Shown here: positions 34,200 to 42,412 of the stretch, piece by piece
Layout: each line of letters opens with the position of its first letter
Position numbering within the stretch: the stretch's first letter is position 1
Program-made: the position numbers and the translations under genes
The notes under the pieces: generated by a model
The model's database searches: none
Seen by the model: the letters and a program-made list of their open reading frames with translations, nothing else
What the model was told of the DNA's origin: nothing
Virus record (IMG/VR): IMGVR_UViG_2563366824_000005
Span: 1-43,437 of that record
Reading direction: 5' to 3' (one strand)
DNA: 43,437 nt
From: a virus
Taxonomy: Duplodnaviria > Heunggongvirae > Uroviricota > Caudoviricetes

Positions 34200-34376
34200 T
34201 CATTCATCGCCCCACTCATCACAATATGCTTCGACCGGATTTTTTCCTGCTTCATAATCATCACGCCATGCTTCAGCATCAGCAGCACTGCCACCACGTA
34301 ACTCTGCATAGTCCATTAACAGTTCATGCCATTTTTCAAAACTGACGTTGTATTTAGTTGAACCAAAATCAGCCAT
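34200..34376 (-). CDS. hypothetical acidic small protein (58 aa)
   Basis: MADFGSTKYNVSFEKWHELLMDYAELRGG...; start overlaps stop of upstream acidic ORF (AATGGCTGA); below track cut-off. Confidence 0.4.
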   Translation of the reverse strand: MADFGSTKYNVSFEKWHELLMDYAELRGGSAADAEAWRDDYEAGKNPVEAYCDEWGDE

Positions 34377-34551
34377 TTTGCTCTTCCTCTTCGTCTTTTA
34401 TTTCGTGATATGAGTAATTGCAGTAGTTAAAGAAAATATCTTTTGCTTCGTCATGTATTTCATCAGGCGTCGCATCAGCATCCACTTCGAATTCATCCTC
34501 GAAATCTCCACCAGCCATTCCCGTTTCAATAATTATTTTGAACTTTCGCAT
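34369..34551 (-). CDS. hypothetical highly acidic small protein (60 aa)
   Basis: track ORF; about one third Asp/Glu (FEDEFEVDADATPDEIHDE...KDEEEEQNG). Confidence 0.45.
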   Translation of the reverse strand: MRKFKIIIETGMAGGDFEDEFEVDADATPDEIHDEAKDIFFNYCNYSYHEIKDEEEEQNG

Positions 34552-34644
34552 TTCACTACCGCCCTTTCGGGTGGCCTCCTGCTGTTCTGAGGGTGCAGAA
34601 ATCCCTCCGGTTAAGGATTAAATTTTTAACAGTGCTAAATTTAA

Positions 34645-34960
34645 TTATTCAGTTTTGGATTTTGTCACCCTGCGTATCCGCGCTTTCCCGTTACGCTCAA
34701 TCTGAATTAGCTTTTCTATATTTTTTCGCCTTTCCCGTTCCTCCTGGCGCAAGAGCCTTACATCATCTGCCAGTCTGGTTTCTCTTTTCGCCACAGAGAG
34801 CATCCAGTCAAATGGCTCCACAACTGCACCGCAGATTTTACAGCGGACCTGACGCTCTTTTTCGTCAACCCGGACAGAAGCGTGATGGCAATATGGTCTT
34901 TCCGATGGCTCATAAAGAAAATTAACCTGATTACGAGGGTCATCCTCTTTTATCGGAAAT
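34645..34960 (-). pseudogene. zinc-ribbon-like ORF lacking a canonical start codon (possible frameshifted gene)
   Basis: open frame ...PYCHHASVRVDEKERQVRCKICGAVVEPFDW... ending at TAA 34645-34647, with no in-frame ATG/GTG/TTG near its 5' end; ATG-initiated 61-aa ORF 34758-34943 is in another frame. Confidence 0.25.
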
Positions 34961-35058
34961 AAAACGATATTGCTTAACTAATCCTCTGGTTTTATTTCCA
35001 TGCTCCTCTCCTTTGATGCGAATGCCAGCGGCAATTGAAGCCTGATAGCTAATTTCAC

Positions 35059-35481
35059 TCACAGTACCGCCTCCTGAAAATTACCCTGATAGAAAGCCAG
35101 TACACGCTGCATAGCTTCGCTCTTCCGGCACTCGCGACAGATTATATTCAGGCGCCTGTCGTAGCGGCGTATTTCTCCGTCTGGTAATGACCAGATTAGG
35201 TCCGGATCAACCGCAGATGGTTTCTTCGGCTTTGCCCTTGAGAGCTTTTTACGGGCATTTTGCCAGTCCTTACGCGCCTGTTCAGACGGGAATAACCCGT
35301 AACCAGAGTTGTATACATCGCCACTGGCAACCAGCTCTCTGGCCAGAACGCTCATCAGATATCTTGTTGCCCCAGTTTTAGTTTCCAGTTGTCGTAACGT
35401 CTCGCGCCCACTCTGGCGTACGAGTTCAACAACCTGCCCTTTAATTTTTTCCCGCTCTTCTTGTGTAAAAACTTTTGCCAC
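35059..35481 (-). CDS. hypothetical protein (140 aa), possibly DNA-binding, immediately downstream of replication gene
   Basis: track ORF; basic C-terminal half with CRECRK motif; occupies the lambda P position but is not P-like. Confidence 0.45.
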   Translation of the reverse strand: MAKVFTQEEREKIKGQVVELVRQSGRETLRQLETKTGATRYLMSVLARELVASGDVYNSGYGLFPSEQARKDWQNARKKLSRAKPKKPSAVDPDLIWSLPDGEIRRYDRRLNIICRECRKSEAMQRVLAFYQGNFQEAVL

Positions 35482-35521
35482 AAGCCCTCCTGAAAATTAC
35501 CTCATGACCAGAAATTAACAC

Positions 35522-36598
35522 TTACCCCCTGAAGCCCGGCGGAATTTCGTTATCCGGTTCAGAAATATGATTCACACAACGCTGGTTGTTCGTGCCGCTT
35601 ACCGGGAGCAACCAGGGGTTCTCAAAATTCCGGTCCGGTCCAAAAAACGTCGTCGCTCGCTGAACAAATTCCGTTCCCGTTTTCCCGGTAGCCGCCAAGT
35701 ATCTTGCGTAACGCCTCACGCCATCCAGCATGGCCTCTGGTGGCACCCCCTCGCGTAATCTGGCCTTCCAGGCACTGAAAGCGGATTTCTTCGGGTTTGC
35801 TCCGGCACGCAACGGGTACTCCCGCCAGACCTGTTCGAACACATCCGGATAATCCACTCGTCCCACAGACTGCCCGGTGTTTTCCGGGACTACCCGATCG
35901 GCTTCCCGCTGAATGGCGGAATCGGCTTCGGGCTGCTGCAGTTGGTGTGATGGCTCCGGCCTTGCGGTCATCACCTGCTGCACAGCGCCCGAATCGGCTT
36001 TCAGCGCATACGCTGAATCGGCTTCCGGTGTCGTGCCTGCTGGCTGACCAAGATTGACGGTCTGAACATCCCCTGCCTGGTTCGTGGCGTTTTTTACGCC
36101 ATGGACCATAGTGTTTTGATCTTCTTGATCTGTATCTTTATCTGTATCTTTATCTGTCGTGACTCGTCGTGACATGTGCGTGACATTTCGTGACGCGCCG
36201 TGACAATCGCCATTTTGTTCCCGCTTTCTTTCCCTCTCTCGCTGCGCCCTCTTGCGCTCTGCAGGAGATTTTGCGGTTTGCGAAATATTGCCGTTGTCCT
36301 CTTTAAGCACCTGGCGTTTTTCCCATCCAGTGATTAAATCACCATCAAGTACCCGCCCCTGCATCGTCTGCAAAATTGAATCAATTACCTCTTCTGTCAC
36401 GTCGAGCGCACTTGCCAAATCTTCTGTCGTGACATCAATGTGACCTCGCGTGACATTTCGTGACGCGCTCACCAGGAGGTGGATATACACTGCCATCACT
36501 GTTGCAATTGGCTGCCCTGACACCCTGGCAATTGTTCGCCACTTAGGGTCATTTGGCATGTCATGCCATAATCTGAGCCAGGCGTTAGCCATACTCAC
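35522..36598 (-). CDS. putative replication initiation protein (lambda O analogue) carrying internal iterons
   Basis: 358 aa; N-terminal region resembles phage replisome-organiser/DUF1376-type domains (from memory); linker encoded by iteron repeats; position after cII-like gene. Confidence 0.6.
   Translation of the reverse strand: MSMANAWLRLWHDMPNDPKWRTIARVSGQPIATVMAVYIHLLVSASRNVTRGHIDVTTEDLASALDVTEEVIDSILQTMQGRVLDGDLITGWEKRQVLKEDNGNISQTAKSPAERKRAQRERERKREQNGDCHGASRNVTHMSRRVTTDKDTDKDTDQEDQNTMVHGVKNATNQAGDVQTVNLGQPAGTTPEADSAYALKADSGAVQQVMTARPEPSHQLQQPEADSAIQREADRVVPENTGQSVGRVDYPDVFEQVWREYPLRAGANPKKSAFSAWKARLREGVPPEAMLDGVRRYARYLAATGKTGTEFVQRATTFFGPDRNFENPWLLPVSGTNNQRCVNHISEPDNEIPPGFRG
36128..36204. 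repeat. candidate origin iterons: five direct CGTGAC repeats at 10-11 bp spacing plus 12-bp tandem tctgtatcttta x2
   Basis: CGTGAC at 36158, 36168, 36179, 36189, 36199; tandem units at 36128-36151. Confidence 0.55.
36406..36464. repeat. second iteron-like cluster (CGTGAC/GTCACG repeats)
   Basis: GTCACG at 36406, CGTGAC at 36428, 36449, 36459, GTGAC at 36440; segment cgtgacatttcgtgacgcgc duplicated from the first cluster. Confidence 0.45.
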
Positions 36599-36663
36599 CT
36601 CTTTTGATACCGAATCTTTTTACTCACAAATTGCCGGAAGTGATCCGGTATGAATATTGCGAG

Positions 36664-37089
36664 TCAATGCACAGCCACAATATTTCCTGCAGGGCCACCA
36701 CGATTCATCTGGTTGAAACCAGCGATCGCCACTGCGACAAAATCATCAGCGTCTCTCACCAGTCGTTCCCGCGTCTCCACTAGTTCCCGAAAATAGGCTG
36801 AGCTATGACTGCGCATTCGGGCCACCAGCAGAGGTGGCATTGCTTTTTCGATAGCTGGTAACAACGCCTGAATTTTTTTAACCGCATCAGGGGTGTCTTT
36901 CTCCACCCAGCGGAAAATTTTCTGAGTATTGCGAGCCAGGGCTTCCGGATGGCTGTCGTCATACAGTTCCGGGAACGTCATTCCCAGCTCGAAATACGCT
37001 TTGGTAATTTTCACAGCCGGTACTTTTTCGCCGTCCGGATGCGCCCAGGCATTCATCGCCATGCGGATGTGTTCATGCTTGATTTTCAT
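36664..37089 (-). CDS. YdaT-like protein (proposed cII analogue)
   Basis: 141 aa starting MKIKHEHI...; sits between cro-like and O-like genes; family recalled from memory. Confidence 0.5.
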   Translation of the reverse strand: MKIKHEHIRMAMNAWAHPDGEKVPAVKITKAYFELGMTFPELYDDSHPEALARNTQKIFRWVEKDTPDAVKKIQALLPAIEKAMPPLLVARMRSHSSAYFRELVETRERLVRDADDFVAVAIAGFNQMNRGGPAGNIVAVH

Positions 37090-37340
37090 GAATCAACTCC
37101 CATCAGCTTTTTCGTAGTAGTTTTATTCCTGCCAATAGTTAAAATTGCATCGGCAGAAAATAATCCGTTTGATGCAAGAGCGATTTTTTCAGCGTAATTT
37201 GTTTCGCCGGTATATTCTGTGCGAGGCAATTTTCCGTTATCCATCCATTTATAGATTGCTCTTTGGCTGACACCACAAACGTCGGCCACAACAGCAACGC
37301 GAACAGTTTTGATTACATCTTCAAGTGTTTTCTGGTACAT
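37086..37340 (-). CDS. Cro-like HTH regulator
   Basis: 84 aa from MYQKTLEDVIKTVRVAVVADVCGVSQRAIYKWMDNGKLP... (HTH); divergent from repressor; GAGGGTGA SD. Confidence 0.65.
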   Translation of the reverse strand: MYQKTLEDVIKTVRVAVVADVCGVSQRAIYKWMDNGKLPRTEYTGETNYAEKIALASNGLFSADAILTIGRNKTTTKKLMGVDS

Positions 37341-37419
37341 ATCACCCTCACAATGTGAACTTTGAGTACATGCTATAACAGAACTGACAGTACATTCAAG
37401 AGCGAATATCATTGAACTT
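37341..37419. promoter_or_regulatory. divergent promoter/operator region between cro-like and repressor genes
   Basis: 79-bp spacer with GTACAT motifs at 37366 and 37391 and a third at 37334 in the cro start; repressor ATG lacks an SD (possibly leaderless like lambda cI). Confidence 0.4.
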
Positions 37420-37839
37420 ATGGTTCATGAAGATAAAGCGCGTAAAGAGTTCGCCAGTAGGCTTGCGCTAGCCTGTGAAAACGCTGGTTATGAACAACAT
37501 GGAAGGCAGGCAGAAATTGCCCGTCGAATGAAATTAACACCAAAAGCGGTTAGCAAATGGTTTAATGGCGAAACAATTCCTCGCCGGGAGAAATTAAGGG
37601 AATTAGCAACACTAATAGGAACAACACCAACCTATCTTTTGGGAGAGGATACAGAAGAAAGTGGACAGGTACGTTTCTATCAGGAGTTAAATCCAAGACA
37701 AAAAATCATCATTGACCTTCTGGACGAGCTCCCTGACAGTGAGACAGATGAACTTTTAAAAACTCTTGAAGAGAAAAAACAGAAGTACAATGCAATTTAC
37801 GAAGAGTTAGCACGAAAGAAAAAACAAAAAGCCTCTTAA
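37420..37839 (+). CDS. CI/DicA-like repressor (XRE-family HTH)
   Basis: 139 aa; HTH ...RQAEIARRMKLTPKAVSKWFNGETIPRREKLRELATLIG...; same orientation as downstream dicB operon, as dicA in Qin. Confidence 0.75.
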   Translation: MVHEDKARKEFASRLALACENAGYEQHGRQAEIARRMKLTPKAVSKWFNGETIPRREKLRELATLIGTTPTYLLGEDTEESGQVRFYQELNPRQKIIIDLLDELPDSETDELLKTLEEKKQKYNAIYEELARKKKQKAS

Positions 37840-37911
37840 ACCAGCATAAATCCGGTAGCGCCTTCCTCCGGGTTTGTGCTTCACTTTATCCCATCTCATT
37901 TTTTTATACAC

Positions 37912-37960
37912 AAAATGTACTAAAAGTACTTTACAACAATGAACGCAAAGTACATTATAT
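37912..37960 (+). promoter_or_regulatory. putative dicB-operon promoter with palindromic operator (GTACTAAAAGTAC) and GTACAT repeat
   Basis: perfect inverted repeat GTACT-aaa-AGTAC at 37917-37929; GTACAT at 37950-37955, same core as motifs in the cro/repressor spacer. Confidence 0.4.
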
Positions 37961-38136
37961 ACCTGCCACCCACCCCGCCCCACAGAATGCAGGGCAATAC
38001 TTCGAGTTACCAGGCAGTGGTCAGGGGTTAAGTAGCCAGCCCGAGGCGTAAGAACATGACGGCAGGGTTCAACTTTAATAACTATGCAGCAGGTTTTTGT
38101 TCCGCTACCCCGGCGTTAAGGGGAAATGAGGTCAGC

Positions 38137-38292
38137 ATGGATACTATCGATCTTGGCAACAACGAATCTCTGGTGTACGGCGTGTTTCCCAACCAGGACG
38201 GCACCTTCACCGCAATGACGTATACCAAAAGCAAAACGTTTAAAACCGAATCTGGAGCGCGTCGCTGGCTGGAAAGAAATTCAGGTGGGTGA
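38137..38292 (+). CDS. ydfA: YdfA-like small protein
   Basis: 51 aa MDTIDLGNNESLVYGVFPNQDGTFTAMTYTKSK...; GAGG SD; track ORF has upstream extension. Confidence 0.65.
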   Translation: MDTIDLGNNESLVYGVFPNQDGTFTAMTYTKSKTFKTESGARRWLERNSGG

Positions 38293-38293
38293 T

Positions 38294-38422
38294 ATGGATT
38301 TCGACACAATCATGGAAAAGGCTTACGAAGAATACTTCGAAGGCCTTGCCGAAGGCGAAGAAGCTCTCAGCTTCAGCGAATTTAAACAGGCGCTTTCCAG
38401 TTCGGCAAAATCTAACGGCTGA
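38294..38422 (+). CDS. ydfB: YdfB-like small protein
   Basis: 42 aa MDFDTIMEKAYEEYFEGLAEGEE...; start coupled to ydfA stop; below track cut-off. Confidence 0.6.
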   Translation: MDFDTIMEKAYEEYFEGLAEGEEALSFSEFKQALSSSAKSNG

Positions 38423-38451
38423 TAAGCGAAACAGCACCGCGAGGAATCAGC

Positions 38452-38670
38452 GTGCAGAAACGAGAACCCGTCATCATCGCGCCAGACTATACCGATGATG
38501 AACTTTATGAGTGGATGCGCCAGAAAATTAATGCAGCGCAGGATCTGAAATGGGCTAATGAAGCCAGGGCTAAGCAGGCTGAAAATCTGTCCGCTCTGGA
38601 GCAGGATATCACCAATCTGGAAAAAGCAGCGGCATTAAGCATTGCCAGAATGATTACATACCCGCGTTAG
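38452..38670 (+). CDS. ydfC: YdfC-like protein
   Basis: 72 aa, GTG start preceded by GAGGAA; position as ydfC in Qin. Confidence 0.6.
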   Translation: MQKREPVIIAPDYTDDELYEWMRQKINAAQDLKWANEARAKQAENLSALEQDITNLEKAAALSIARMITYPR

Positions 38671-38949
38671 TAGCTAATCAACAAAGCTAAGGTTAGTAAT
38701 TAAGGAGTTCTCCACGGGTGAGGTGGAGTGCGTGCGCCGGACACGGGTGAGCATCCGGCACTGACAGTTTACTGAAAGGATATTTCCCTGAAAAGTCTGA
38801 CCATAACGCGAAAGCGCACGGCGAGGTAGCTGGTTCATAGATAGCCTGTCGTTAAATTTTCGTCGACCGTGCGCTTCCGGTTGTGGCAATCCGCGAAATG
38901 GCGCGGCGGTAAGTATGGCGGGGTTATTCCTTCCCCCGTTGAGGACACC

Positions 38950-38986
38950 GGGTTGTCAGGTTGACCATACGCTTAAGTGACAACCC
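38950..38986 (+). other. 9-bp stem-loop upstream of DicF (candidate RNase III/RNase E processing structure)
   Basis: GGGTTGTCA - 19 nt - TGACAACCC perfect inverted repeat. Confidence 0.35.
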
Positions 38987-39011
38987 CGCTGCAACGCCCT
39001 CTGTTATCAAT

Positions 39012-39069
39012 TTTCTGGTGACGTTTGGCGGTATCAGTTTTACTCCGTGACTGCTCTGCCGCCCTTTTT
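39012..39069 (+). ncRNA. dicF: DicF small regulatory RNA with its terminator
   Basis: TTTCTGGTGACGTTTGGCGGTATCAGTTTTACTCCGTGACTGCTCTGCCGCCC followed by TTTTT matches K-12 DicF as recalled. Confidence 0.8.
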
Positions 39070-39238
39070 AAAGTGAATTTTGTGATGCGGTGAATGCGGC
39101 TAAGCGCACGCGGAACAGTTAAAACCAAAAACAGTGTTATGGGTGGATTCTCTGTATCCGGCGTTAATTGTTAACTGGTTAACGTCACCTGGAGGCACCA
39201 GGCACCGCATCACAAAACTCATTGTTGAGGGCGCGATA

Positions 39239-39427
39239 ATGAAAACGTTATTACCAAACGTTAATACGTCTGAAGGTTGTTTTGAAATTGGTGTCACTAT
39301 CAGTAATCCTGTATTTACTGAAGAGGCCATTAACAAAAGAAAACACGAACGGGAGTTATTAAATAAAGTATGCATTGTTTCAATGCTGGCCCGTTTACGT
39401 CTGATGCCAAAAGGATGTGCACAATGA
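39239..39427 (+). CDS. dicB: cell division inhibitor DicB
   Basis: 62 aa MKTLLPNVNTSEGCFEIGVTISNPVFTEEAINKRKHERELLNKVCIVSMLARLRLMPKGCAQ. Confidence 0.85.
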   Translation: MKTLLPNVNTSEGCFEIGVTISNPVFTEEAINKRKHERELLNKVCIVSMLARLRLMPKGCAQ

Positions 39428-39615
39428 ATCCAGTATTTGCACTTATTCTGACGGTTTTTCTTGTTTCCGGAGAGCCAGTTGATATTGCAGTCAGTGTTCA
39501 CAGAACAATGCAGGAATGTATGGCAGCAGCAACCGAACAGAAAATTCCAGGCAACTGTTATCCGGTCGATAAAGTTATTCACCAGGATAATAACGAAATC
39601 CCGGCAGGATTTTAA
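39424..39615 (+). CDS. ydfD: YdfD lysis protein
   Basis: 63 aa MNPVFALILTVFLVSGEPVDIAVSVHRTMQECMAAATEQKIPGNCYPVDKVIH...; start overlaps dicB stop. Confidence 0.8.
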   Translation: MNPVFALILTVFLVSGEPVDIAVSVHRTMQECMAAATEQKIPGNCYPVDKVIHQDNNEIPAGF

Positions 39616-39708
39616 AACAGCACCGTAATAAATATCCAGTTTCATTCTTATATGTCAGCAATGGCAGAGATTTGTTCACCCTTAAATCTGTGATGAGGTT
39701 TATCAATA

Positions 39709-42150
39709 ATGAGCACTGATAAAGAAGAATTTGCACTATATTGCGAAGCAAAAAATGACAAAGTAAGAAAACGCCTAGGAATTAAAGGTGGTTTTTACTG
39801 GACTACAGCAAAAAAATTATCTGTTGCAATCTCCCGCTGCATTACCGCAATGGATGACAACGATTATGATGAAGACGACTTTAAAAAACCCGTCCGCGTC
39901 AATTTGCCCGTTGTTGACGACCTTCCGCCAGAAGGCGTGTTTGATACTGAATTCTGCAACCGCTATGAAAAAGGCGGGAAAGATGGCATCACAATGACAT
40001 TTATCGGCCCTTCCCCCTCTGTTCAGGACAAATCAGCCAGCACTGATAATACCAACATCAACGGCGAAGACATGACTGAGATTGAGGAGAGCATGCTTCT
40101 ACCTGTCTCCGGTCAGGAACTGCCCATTCGTTGGCTTGCTCAACACGGCAGCGAAAAACCAGTAACGCACGTTTCACGCGACGAACTCCAGGCATTACAC
40201 ATTGCACGGGCTGAAGAACTACCGGCTGTTACTGCCCTGGCTATTTCGCATAAAACCAGTCTGCTCGACTCGCTGGAGATTCGCGACCTCCACAAACTGG
40301 TTCGTGACACTGACAAAGTTTTCCCTAATCCTGGTAATTCAGACCTGGGACTAATAACTGCTTTTTTCGAAGCATACCTGGACGCTGACTACACTGATCG
40401 GGGTCTGCTGACAAAAGAGTGGATGAAAGGAAATCGTGTTTCACGCATCACCCGCACGGCTTCCGGTGCTAATGCTGGCGGTGGGAACAAAACCGATCGC
40501 AGTCCGAATTTAGTACACACCCTCGACACACTGGATGTGGAGATTGCAGCAGCCACACTTCCGATGGATTTTAATATTTATGAAATTCCGGGCAGCGTTT
40601 ATCGTCGCGCAAAAGAAGTAGTCCTGAAAAAAGAAAGTCCGTTCAAAGAATGGTCCGCAGCACTTCGTGCAACCCCGGGTATTCTGGACTATTCCCGCGC
40701 CGCTATTTTTGCACTTATCCGAAGCGCACACCCTGAATTTTATCACTACCCGGGACGCCTTCAGGGGTATATCAACGCCTATTTGACGGAAACTGATCAC
40801 GAGAACCCCAGCAAGGAAACTCTCACAGCTGCCCGGCATACGCCGGAAAAAGATATCCTGGAAGAAATTAACCGCGAGGTGGTTACTGAGCGTGAAACAG
40901 AAGAAGAAAAACCACAACCATCTGACGCAATGGCAGGTGAACAGGCAACAACTGAAACAATGGAACCGGATACAACTGAACATTGCCAGAACGCGCAGTC
41001 GCTGGATGCTCAGTCGCAGGTGAGTTCCGCTAACCAAGTAAAAGTCACCGCTGACGAAGTAAACAAAATTATGCAGGCAGCCAATATCAGCCAGCCTGAC
41101 GCCGATAAGTTACTTGCTGTATCGCGTGGTGAATTTGTTGAGGGGATTAGCGACCCTAATGATCCGAAATGGGTCAAGGGGATCCAGACTCGCGATTCTG
41201 TGAACCAGAACCAGCATGAATCGGAAAGGAACGACCAAAAAGCGGAACAAAACAGCCCAAATGCGTTACAAAACGAGCCAGAAACGAAACAATCCGAACC
41301 AGTAGCGCAACAGGAACCGGAAAAAGTCTGCACCGCCTGCGGTCAGAGCGGTGGCGGCAACTGCCCTGATTGTGGCGCGGTGATGGGCGACGCAACATAC
41401 CAGAAAACATTCGATGAAGAGAATCAGGTTGAAGTTCAGGAAAATGATCCGGAGGAAATGGAAGGCGCTGAACATCCACACAAGGAGAATGCTGGCAGCG
41501 CTCAGGACCACGCCAGCGATAGTAAAACTGGCGAGACGGCAGATCCCTTAATTACGGTGAATGGTCATCACGAAATCACATCCACCAGCAGGACGTGTGA
41601 CCATCTAATGATCGACCTTGAAACCATGGGAAAAAATCCTGATGCCCCGATCATCTCAATAGGTGCAATATTTTTCGATCCGCAAACCGGAGATATGGGA
41701 CCGGAATTTAGTAAGACTATCGATCTGGAAACTGCTGGCGGAGTCATTGATCGGGACACCATTAAATGGTGGCTTAAGCAATCACGCGAAGCGCAATCTG
41801 CCATTATGACCGATGAAATCCCGTTAGATGATGCACTGTTACAATTGCGGGAATTTATCGACGAAAACTCCGGTGAATTTTTTGTTCAGGTCTGGGGAAA
41901 TGGAGCCAACTTCGACAACACGATTTTGCGCCGTTCATACGAACGGCAGGGGATCCCCTGCCCGTGGCGTTACTACAACGATCGCGATGTACGCACAATC
42001 GTTGAGCTGGGGAAAGCCATAGACTTCGATGCCAGAACGGCTATTCCATTCGAAGGTGAGCGCCATAATGCACTTGATGACGCTCGTTACCAGGCAAAAT
42101 ACGTTTCAGCTATCTGGCAAAAACTGATCCCGAGTCAGGCTGATTTTTAA
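39709..42150 (+). CDS. large exonuclease (YdfE/exonuclease VIII-like N-terminal region, C-terminal DEDDh 3'-5' exonuclease domain)
   Basis: 813 aa; C-terminal motifs MIDLET..., WGNGANFD..., HNALDDARY; central CxxC...CPDC zinc ribbon and acidic low-complexity linker. Confidence 0.65.
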   Translation: MSTDKEEFALYCEAKNDKVRKRLGIKGGFYWTTAKKLSVAISRCITAMDDNDYDEDDFKKPVRVNLPVVDDLPPEGVFDTEFCNRYEKGGKDGITMTFIGPSPSVQDKSASTDNTNINGEDMTEIEESMLLPVSGQELPIRWLAQHGSEKPVTHVSRDELQALHIARAEELPAVTALAISHKTSLLDSLEIRDLHKLVRDTDKVFPNPGNSDLGLITAFFEAYLDADYTDRGLLTKEWMKGNRVSRITRTASGANAGGGNKTDRSPNLVHTLDTLDVEIAAATLPMDFNIYEIPGSVYRRAKEVVLKKESPFKEWSAALRATPGILDYSRAAIFALIRSAHPEFYHYPGRLQGYINAYLTETDHENPSKETLTAARHTPEKDILEEINREVVTERETEEEKPQPSDAMAGEQATTETMEPDTTEHCQNAQSLDAQSQVSSANQVKVTADEVNKIMQAANISQPDADKLLAVSRGEFVEGISDPNDPKWVKGIQTRDSVNQNQHESERNDQKAEQNSPNALQNEPETKQSEPVAQQEPEKVCTACGQSGGGNCPDCGAVMGDATYQKTFDEENQVEVQENDPEEMEGAEHPHKENAGSAQDHASDSKTGETADPLITVNGHHEITSTSRTCDHLMIDLETMGKNPDAPIISIGAIFFDPQTGDMGPEFSKTIDLETAGGVIDRDTIKWWLKQSREAQSAIMTDEIPLDDALLQLREFIDENSGEFFVQVWGNGANFDNTILRRSYERQGIPCPWRYYNDRDVRTIVELGKAIDFDARTAIPFEGERHNALDDARYQAKYVSAIWQKLIPSQADF

Positions 42151-42165
42151 TGTTCAACCCTAATT

Positions 42166-42191
42166 GCCGCTAACCGTATATAGTTAGCGGC
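42166..42191. other. perfect 9-bp palindrome GCCGCTAAC-N8-GTTAGCGGC between exonuclease and xis
   Basis: read directly from sequence; no U-run follows. Confidence 0.5.
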
Positions 42192-42208
42192 GGTTATGAG
42201 ATATAGCT

Positions 42209-42412
42209 ATGAGCAGCTTATTTTTAACCGAAGATGAATTGCTAATATTAACGGGCTGCAAATATGCAAGCCACCAGCGAAAATGGTTAATGGAAAACGG
42301 GCTTCCGTTCTATACCAATCGTAGTGGCAAACCGATTGTCAGCCGGGATCTATTTACCTGCAATAAAACTTTACCACCACGCGAGGTAGAGCCGAATTTT
42401 GGTGCGATCTGA
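42209..42412 (+). CDS. xis: excisionase-like protein (Xis)
   Basis: 67 aa directly upstream of and overlapping int by 1 nt (TGATG). Confidence 0.55.
   Translation: MSSLFLTEDELLILTGCKYASHQRKWLMENGLPFYTNRSGKPIVSRDLFTCNKTLPPREVEPNFGAI

Noticed and set aside
38056-38136. N-terminal extension of the ydfA ORF in the track
   Set aside because: No SD upstream of 38056, whereas the internal ATG at 38137 has a GAGG SD and gives the 51-aa YdfA length.
38674-38889. 71-aa minus-strand ORF
   Set aside because: Lies in the DicF precursor region of the dicB operon with no SD; probably non-coding.
39100-39645. 181-aa minus-strand ORF
   Set aside because: Antisense to dicB and ydfD, which match known proteins, and overlaps the DicF terminator.
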